Virus record (IMG/VR): IMGVR_UViG_3300043399_000562
Location: 1-61,311 of that record
Strand: one strand, 5' to 3'
Length of the DNA stretch: 61,311 bases
Source of the DNA: a virus
Lineage: Duplodnaviria > Caudoviricetes
Notes under the pieces: generated by a model
Database searches by the model: none
Told to the model about the DNA's origin: nothing
The model's input: only the letters and a program-made list of their open reading frames with translations
Program-made: the position numbers and the translations under genes
Shown: positions 55,533-61,311 of the stretch, one piece after another
Layout: every line of letters starts with the position of its first letter
Position numbering within the stretch: the first letter of the stretch is position 1

Positions 55533-57594
55533 GACGGTCGGCGAGATCTTCGTTGCCTTGGCAGAGATGCTGAGGCCGCCTGAGGAACTCTCGGTCGCAG
55601 ACTCCGCTTCCAAGTTCATCTACCTGAACAACGTCGGTGCTTACATTGGTCCGTTCAAGGTTTCTACGGTTCCGTACATGCGCGAGCCGATGAACACCTT
55701 CACGAGCCACGAGTACAGCGGAATGGTCTTCGTTGGAAGTGCTCAGGCCGGTAAGACGGAGTCACTCATCCTCGCACCGCTGACCTACAGCGTGATGGTC
55801 GAGCCGATGGACATGATGCTTGTGTGTCCGACGATGCTGGACGCTCGTGACTTTTCGATGCGCCGCGTCGATCGTCTGCACCACTACTCCGAGAAAGTCG
55901 GCGGCATGCTGATCCCAGGTGGCAGCAACGACAACACGTTCGACAAGCACTACCAGAACGGCATGCTGTTCACCCTCGGCTGGCCAACTCGGTCGCAACT
56001 TGCAGGCAAGCCGATCCCGCGCATGGTGCTGACCGACCGCGATCGAATGGACGATGACGTGGAAGGTGACGGTGAGCCGTTCGACCTAGCCAGCCAACGT
56101 ACGACCACGTTTGGTCGCTACGCAATGACTTTGGCCGAGTCGTCACCAAGTAGGGAAATCGAGAACCCGAAGTGGATACCGCGAACCGCCCATGAAGCAC
56201 CTCCTTGCAAGGGAATCGTCGGCCTATACAACCGCGGTGATCGTCGTCGTTGGTACTGGCCTTGCCCCTCGTGCTCTGAATACTTCGAGGGCGACTTCTC
56301 TATGCTCACTTGGGTGACGCTGACGGAAGCGCCGGAACTCACGAACCTCGAACGCGCAGAGACAGTTCGCATGCAGTGTCCACACTGCGATCACAAGATC
56401 CATCCCGACGAACGAGAGGAAATGCAGCAATGGGGCGTATGGGTGAAGGACGGGCAGGGAGTGGATAAGGCCGGTCGCGTGTTCGGTCCGAAGCCCCGTA
56501 CGCTCATCGCCTCGTTCTGGCTCAAGGGTGTGGCAGCCGCGTTCACCTCGTGGAAGAAGTTGGTCGCGCTGTACCTCGACGCCTGTGACGACTTCGAGCG
56601 CACCGGATCTGAAGAATCGCTCAGGAAGTTCTACAACAACAACCTCGGGATGCCATACATCCCGCGCAATCAAGCGGAAGCGCGGTTGCCTGAAGTGCTC
56701 AAGGCCCGTGCTGAAAAGGGTCTGGCCGAGCGTCGTGTGCCGGCTGAAGTGCGGTTCCTGATCGCTGCCGTGGACGTGCAGAAGAACATGTGGCGGGTCA
56801 ACATCTACGGGATCATTCCCGGGAAGCCGTTCGACTTGCTTGTCATTGATCGCTATGACGTTCGCAAGTCCAAACGTAGCGATGACCAAGGCGATCCGCT
56901 ATGGGTGAAGCCGCATGCCTATCTCGAAGATTGGGATGAACTAATCGAACACGTCATGGAGAAGGAATACGAACTCGCCGATGGAAGTGGTGCCCACATG
57001 GGCATCAGATTCACGGTCTGCGACTCGGGCGGTAAGGATGGCGTGACAACCATGGCCTACAACTTCTACCGGCGCCTGGTGGAAGAGAACAAGCACCGCC
57101 GCTTCATCCTCTACAAAGGCGACCCGAAGCCTGGCAATCCGCGAGCGCGAATCACTTACCCGGACAGCAGCCGCAAGGACAACAAGTCCGGTGCCCGTGG
57201 CGACATTCCAGTGCTGCTGCTGAACTCGAATCTGCTGAAGGACGACTTGAACGGCCGCCTCGACTGCATCGAGCCCGGGAAGGGCATGGTCCGGTTTCCG
57301 GACTGGCTGCCGGACTCGTTCTACTCTGAAATGTGCAGTGAGATCCGAACCGACAAGGGATGGGAGAACCCATCGAACAGCCGAAACGAAGACTGGGACT
57401 TGACCTACGTGACCATCGGTCTATGCGTGTCCGAACTGCTGCGGGTTGAACACTTGGATTGGAATAATCCGCCTGGGTGGGCTGCGGTACACGAGAAGAA
57501 CGATCTGGTGCGTCAACAAGAACAAGCCCCAAGATTCTCTGCGCAGGTACACTCGGCCTACAACTTCGCCGAGTTTGCGAAGTCTTTGGCTTGA
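55516..57594 (+). CDS. terL: Terminase large subunit (lambda gpA family)
   Basis: PYMREPM, AQAGKTE, ESSP, GDRRRWYWPCP.C, VDVQ, DSGG. Confidence 0.95.
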   Translation: MTRRFKTVGEIFVALAEMLRPPEELSVADSASKFIYLNNVGAYIGPFKVSTVPYMREPMNTFTSHEYSGMVFVGSAQAGKTESLILAPLTYSVMVEPMDMMLVCPTMLDARDFSMRRVDRLHHYSEKVGGMLIPGGSNDNTFDKHYQNGMLFTLGWPTRSQLAGKPIPRMVLTDRDRMDDDVEGDGEPFDLASQRTTTFGRYAMTLAESSPSREIENPKWIPRTAHEAPPCKGIVGLYNRGDRRRWYWPCPSCSEYFEGDFSMLTWVTLTEAPELTNLERAETVRMQCPHCDHKIHPDEREEMQQWGVWVKDGQGVDKAGRVFGPKPRTLIASFWLKGVAAAFTSWKKLVALYLDACDDFERTGSEESLRKFYNNNLGMPYIPRNQAEARLPEVLKARAEKGLAERRVPAEVRFLIAAVDVQKNMWRVNIYGIIPGKPFDLLVIDRYDVRKSKRSDDQGDPLWVKPHAYLEDWDELIEHVMEKEYELADGSGAHMGIRFTVCDSGGKDGVTTMAYNFYRRLVEENKHRRFILYKGDPKPGNPRARITYPDSSRKDNKSGARGDIPVLLLNSNLLKDDLNGRLDCIEPGKGMVRFPDWLPDSFYSEMCSEIRTDKGWENPSNSRNEDWDLTYVTIGLCVSELLRVEHLDWNNPPGWAAVHEKNDLVRQQEQAPRFSAQVHSAYNFAEFAKSLA

Positions 57595-57609
57595 CTGGAG
57601 TTCACCAAA

Positions 57610-57831
57610 ATGGCAACGATTCAACAACAACTGGACGAAGCCGTCGCGGCGTATCACAAGCTGCAGACCGGAACGATGCCGCGCGTTGTGGTCGATGTTG
57701 ACGGCAGCCGGGTCGAGTTCACTGCAGCGAATGCGTCGAGGCTGAACGCCTACATCCTGCAGTTGCAGGGGCAGATCGGCTTGACGAGCGGTGTTCCCAT
57801 CAACGTCGCCCCGGCATCGTTCTACTTCTGA
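57610..57831 (+). CDS. Head completion protein gpW
   Basis: AYHKLQTG...VEFTAAN...L.AYI. Confidence 0.9.
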   Translation: MATIQQQLDEAVAAYHKLQTGTMPRVVVDVDGSRVEFTAANASRLNAYILQLQGQIGLTSGVPINVAPASFYF

Positions 57832-57841
57832 CTCCTGCTCG

Positions 57842-58132
57842 ATGGGCCGCGCGTACTACTCGAACTGCCTGATCGAGACGTGGCGTGCTCGCCGCAGGCT
57901 CCGTCTCATGGGCGTCGAGTCGTACGTGTGGCGCAGGGCCAGCCGCTACAGCTTCAGCCCGTTCCATTCTGGTTGGGGCGTCATCGATCCGGATACCGGG
58001 CTGATGCGGATGTGGTCCTTCAAGCCCATCGACGGTGGTGAGGATGTCCCGCTCTACATGGCGTGGACTCGATTGATCTTCAAGGGGAGCGTTGTCGAAG
58101 GTGACGCCCCGGTGACGAAAGGGACTGTCTGA
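57842..58132 (+). CDS. Hypothetical protein between gpW and portal
   Basis: SNCLIE...RRASRY...FKGSVVEGD; stop overlaps the portal ATG. Confidence 0.55.
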   Translation: MGRAYYSNCLIETWRARRRLRLMGVESYVWRRASRYSFSPFHSGWGVIDPDTGLMRMWSFKPIDGGEDVPLYMAWTRLIFKGSVVEGDAPVTKGTV

Positions 58133-59733
58133 TGTCAACGCCGACTGTCGTTGAGGCCATGCCGGTGAGGCACAAGGCGATCGGGGGCGGCCTCGAAGGT
58201 GCCGAGCGCAACTCGCGCGAACTCTTCTCGTGGAACCCACAGGTCATCTCGCCGGATCAGCAATTGCATCCGGTCAAGGACATGGCCGATGCGCGTGCAC
58301 GGGACAGCATCCAGAACGACGGCTATGCGCTCGGTGCGGTGCAGACGCATCGGGACTCGATCGTCGGTGCACAGTACCGGCTGAACGCGCAGCCCGATTA
58401 CGAGTTGCTCGGCTTCGACGAGGCATGGGCAGAGGAATTCCAGCGCGTCGTGGAGAGCCGTTTCAACCTGCTCGCCAACAGTCATGAGTGCTGGTTCGAC
58501 GCTGCGCGGAACCTCGACTTCACTGGCCTGACGCGCCTGGCCGTGACCGGATTCGTGATCACTGGCGAGGTGCTCGGAACCGTCGAGTGGATTCGGCAGC
58601 AGATCCGCCCGTTCTCGACGGCTGTCCAGATGATCAGTCCGTCACGTCTGTCCAATCCCGATCTCGAAGCCGACTCTCGCTACCTGCGCAGGGGCAAGGT
58701 TCTGAACGAGTTCGGTGAGGCGATCGCCTTCTGGATTCGTTCGGCCCACCCGAGCGAGTTCTACGATGAGCGTGTGAGTTCGTGGCGCCGGATCGATGCG
58801 CGCAAGCCGTGGGGTCGTCTGCAAGTGCTGCACATCTACGAGCCACTGCAGCCTGGCCAATCGCGTGGCGTCAGCGACATGGTCGCGGTGCTGAAGCAGA
58901 TGCGCATGACGAAGAAGTTCCAAGACGTCGTTCTGCAGAACGCAGTCGTCAATGCCACCTATGCCGCCGCAGTCGAGTCGGAACTTCCCCGCGAGGTCGT
59001 GTTCGGTTCGATGGGTGCCGGTGGCCCCGGGTTCGAGGCGATGCTCGGCCAGTACATGACGGCTCTGCAGCAGTACGTCGGTGCGACGAACTCGATTGCG
59101 ATCGACGGCGTGAAGATGCCGCACCTGTTCCCGGGCACGAAGCTGTCGCTGAAGCCGATGGGCACGCCTGGCGGTGTCGGAACTGATTTCGAGCAATCAC
59201 TGCTTCGCCACGTCGCGGCGGCTCTTGGTCTGAGCTACGAGCAGTTCTCGCGTGACTACACGAAGACGAACTACTCGTCCGCTCGCGCGTCGATGGGTGA
59301 GACGTGGAAGTACATGCAGTCGCGGAAGAAGGTCGTCGCAGACCGCTTCGCATCGGCTGTGTATGCCCTGTGGCTTGAAGAAGAGATCAACGCCGGAAAC
59401 GTGCCGCTTCCCAGCGGCGTCGGCTCCGAGATCTTCTACGACCCCGTGATGCGTGAGGCGCTGCTCTCGTGTGATTGGATCGGCGCGTCGCGTGGCCAGA
59501 TCGACGAGTACAAGGAGACGCAGGCCGCTGTCATGCGAATCGACAACGGGCTTTCCACATACGAGAAAGAGGCGGCCCGACTTGGTGAGGACTACAGGCG
59601 GCTGTTCAAGCAGCGTTCGCGTGAAGAGCGCATGAAGGAAGAACTTGGTCTTGTGTTCGGCGCTGCCGCAAAGGCCACACAGCAGCAGAGTGATAATCCG
59701 CCCCCGAATGGGGCTGACCAGCAGCAGAACTGA
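58132..59733 (+). CDS. Portal protein (lambda gpB family)
   Basis: RARDSIQND, GQSRGVS, NYSSARAS, IDEYKE. Confidence 0.95.
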   Translation: MSTPTVVEAMPVRHKAIGGGLEGAERNSRELFSWNPQVISPDQQLHPVKDMADARARDSIQNDGYALGAVQTHRDSIVGAQYRLNAQPDYELLGFDEAWAEEFQRVVESRFNLLANSHECWFDAARNLDFTGLTRLAVTGFVITGEVLGTVEWIRQQIRPFSTAVQMISPSRLSNPDLEADSRYLRRGKVLNEFGEAIAFWIRSAHPSEFYDERVSSWRRIDARKPWGRLQVLHIYEPLQPGQSRGVSDMVAVLKQMRMTKKFQDVVLQNAVVNATYAAAVESELPREVVFGSMGAGGPGFEAMLGQYMTALQQYVGATNSIAIDGVKMPHLFPGTKLSLKPMGTPGGVGTDFEQSLLRHVAAALGLSYEQFSRDYTKTNYSSARASMGETWKYMQSRKKVVADRFASAVYALWLEEEINAGNVPLPSGVGSEIFYDPVMREALLSCDWIGASRGQIDEYKETQAAVMRIDNGLSTYEKEAARLGEDYRRLFKQRSREERMKEELGLVFGAAAKATQQQSDNPPPNGADQQQN

Positions 59734-59744
59734 CGAGGTGCATC

Positions 59745-60587
59745 GTGAGCAACATTTTCGACAAGACGATTGGTGCGTGGCGCGCACTGACCACTGACGA
59801 TCTGCCCGGTCAGACTGCTGGTGGCGGCGCTTCGGCGACGAACCAGACGACCCAGATCAATCTGGAGACGCAGATCCGCGACCGGATCGGCGCCACCGAC
59901 GCGGCAGCAGCGGGTACCGACACTGCCGACTCTTCGCTGATCGGTCTGATCAAGCGTCTGCTGCAGCGAATCACGTCGCTCGTCGATCGGCAGCCCGCTT
60001 CGCCACCACAACAGGGCGGCGGGGCAGTCACTTCCAGCACCACGCGCGTTACGTTGGCCACGGATGGCCCCGGTGTCACCTCGCTCAGTTCGATCGACGG
60101 CAAGTTGCCGGCAAGCCTTGGTGCGAAGCCGGCTGCGCAGTCTTTGGCGGTCACGCTTGCCAGCGATGGCACGTTTGCGCAGGCAATGGGTGTGCAGGGC
60201 GATTCGGTGGCCACGACTGACACCGGCTCGTTCAGCCTGATCGCGCTGATCAAGCGGGTGGCCTCGAACATCACTTCGCTGCTGACCGCGACGTCATCGT
60301 TTCGTCCGGTCGGATCGACCGTCACTGTCGCAGTGACTTCGAGCGGCACGGCTGCGACAGCACTGCCTTCGGGATCGTCTGTGATCCGCTTCACCAACTC
60401 GGGCAGCACTGTCTATGCGGTTGCCTTCGGTGACGGCAGCATGTCGATCAGTTTCGACACTGCGATGGACATCTTGCCCGGCACGTCCGAAGCGATCACT
60501 CCGACGTCTGGCGCCACGCATCTGCGCCTGATCACTGCCGCAAACGTGACTGCGACTGCCAAGTACACGGGCGGAACTGGGGCGTAA
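59745..60587 (+). CDS. T/S/A-rich virion accessory protein
   Basis: GAGGTG SD; SLI(G/A)LIKR motif twice. Confidence 0.7.
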   Translation: MSNIFDKTIGAWRALTTDDLPGQTAGGGASATNQTTQINLETQIRDRIGATDAAAAGTDTADSSLIGLIKRLLQRITSLVDRQPASPPQQGGGAVTSSTTRVTLATDGPGVTSLSSIDGKLPASLGAKPAAQSLAVTLASDGTFAQAMGVQGDSVATTDTGSFSLIALIKRVASNITSLLTATSSFRPVGSTVTVAVTSSGTAATALPSGSSVIRFTNSGSTVYAVAFGDGSMSISFDTAMDILPGTSEAITPTSGATHLRLITAANVTATAKYTGGTGA

Positions 60588-60591
60588 AACC

Positions 60592-61311
60592 ATGGCCAAC
60601 CGCTCGCGCGCACGCTTTCGCTCCGGGCAGGGTCGGCGCCTGACCGCGCAAGCCATTGCCATTGCCGCCCTGCGCACCACTGGCCGCGGCCTGATCTCCG
60701 GCAGGCCGACGCAGAACGGCTTTGCTTTCCGCGACCGGGCGATGACCCAGCCCTGGGTCTATCCGCAGGATCTGGAGCAGCCGGCGCTGGCGGTGATCCC
60801 GGTCAGCGCTGTGCCGCCTGGGGTTCTACCGTGGTCGCTGGGGGCAAACAGCGTCACGAACAGCAGCTTCGCATCGGGCCAGACAGGATTCATCGTCGCA
60901 ACAAGCGCTGCGTCGACAACCAACCAGCCAACCTATTTCTCTTCGGTCACTGGCGGCGCACGGATTACCAACGGATCAGGCGGCACGAGCGACGTGCGGA
61001 TCGGGCTGACCAGCGCGATTACGACGGTCGTCGGAAGAACCTATCGCGTCACCGTCAACGTGCTGCGCCCGCCCACCTCCATCACGCTCCGTCTTGGTTT
61101 CAACACGGTTGCTGGTGACGTAGGAACGAGCGGAACGCTGATTAACACCATGACGGCCGGTAGCAACACGGTCGACTGGGTCGCCACCGCGACATCGTTT
61201 GCGCCAGTGATCAGGTGCTCCAGCACGTCAATGGGCGCGGGCGACTTCTACGAGCTGGCATCAATCACCGTCCAAGAAGTCATCTACGACTGGTCCTGGC
61301 TCGGGGCCAAT
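60592..61311 (+). CDS. 5' part of the 768-aa spike/fibre-like protein continuing at 1-1714
   Basis: Frame is open from ATG 60592 to the window end and in frame with ORF 23..1714. Confidence 0.75.
   Translation, partial: MANRSRARFRSGQGRRLTAQAIAIAALRTTGRGLISGRPTQNGFAFRDRAMTQPWVYPQDLEQPALAVIPVSAVPPGVLPWSLGANSVTNSSFASGQTGFIVATSAASTTNQPTYFSSVTGGARITNGSGGTSDVRIGLTSAITTVVGRTYRVTVNVLRPPTSITLRLGFNTVAGDVGTSGTLINTMTAGSNTVDWVATATSFAPVIRCSSTSMGAGDFYELASITVQEVIYDWSWLGAN

Noticed and set aside
61185-61311. Terminal repeat as a biological direct terminal repeat
   Set aside because: It is 127 bp, lies inside an ORF, and a cos site exists at 40241; it is an assembly overlap.

Overview
The window is a complete ~61.18 kb siphovirus genome assembled as a circle; the 127-bp terminal repeat (1-127 = 61185-61311) is an assembly overlap that splits a 768-aa gene. 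It is a Chi/Nazgul-like (Casjensviridae-type) phage with a lambda-style head module (TerS, TerL, gpW, portal, S49 protease with nested scaffold, decoration protein, capsid), a long tail, a peptidase-M15 lysis block and a Chi-type 12-bp cos at 40241. It also carries a primase-helicase / DUF2800 / DUF2815 / PolB / VRR-NUC / SNF2 replication module and an XRE-Xis-tyrosine integrase-attP module, so it is probably temperate. The host may be a betaproteobacterium (inferred from an MHFG PEP-CTERM gene). Most unusual: (1) integron attC sites plus an attI-like site punctuate the leftward accessory operon, with genes reversed relative to the sites and no intI; (2) about 10 unrelated proteins share an acidic C-terminal '(D/E)..DEL/xL' tail; (3) an array of Chi-like GCTGGCGG octamers lies ~200 bp inside the cos end; (4) a two-frame nested C5 methyltransferase; (5) a phage-borne PEP-CTERM protein; (6) two families of operator-like dyads. 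All family assignments come from motif recognition, not database searches.
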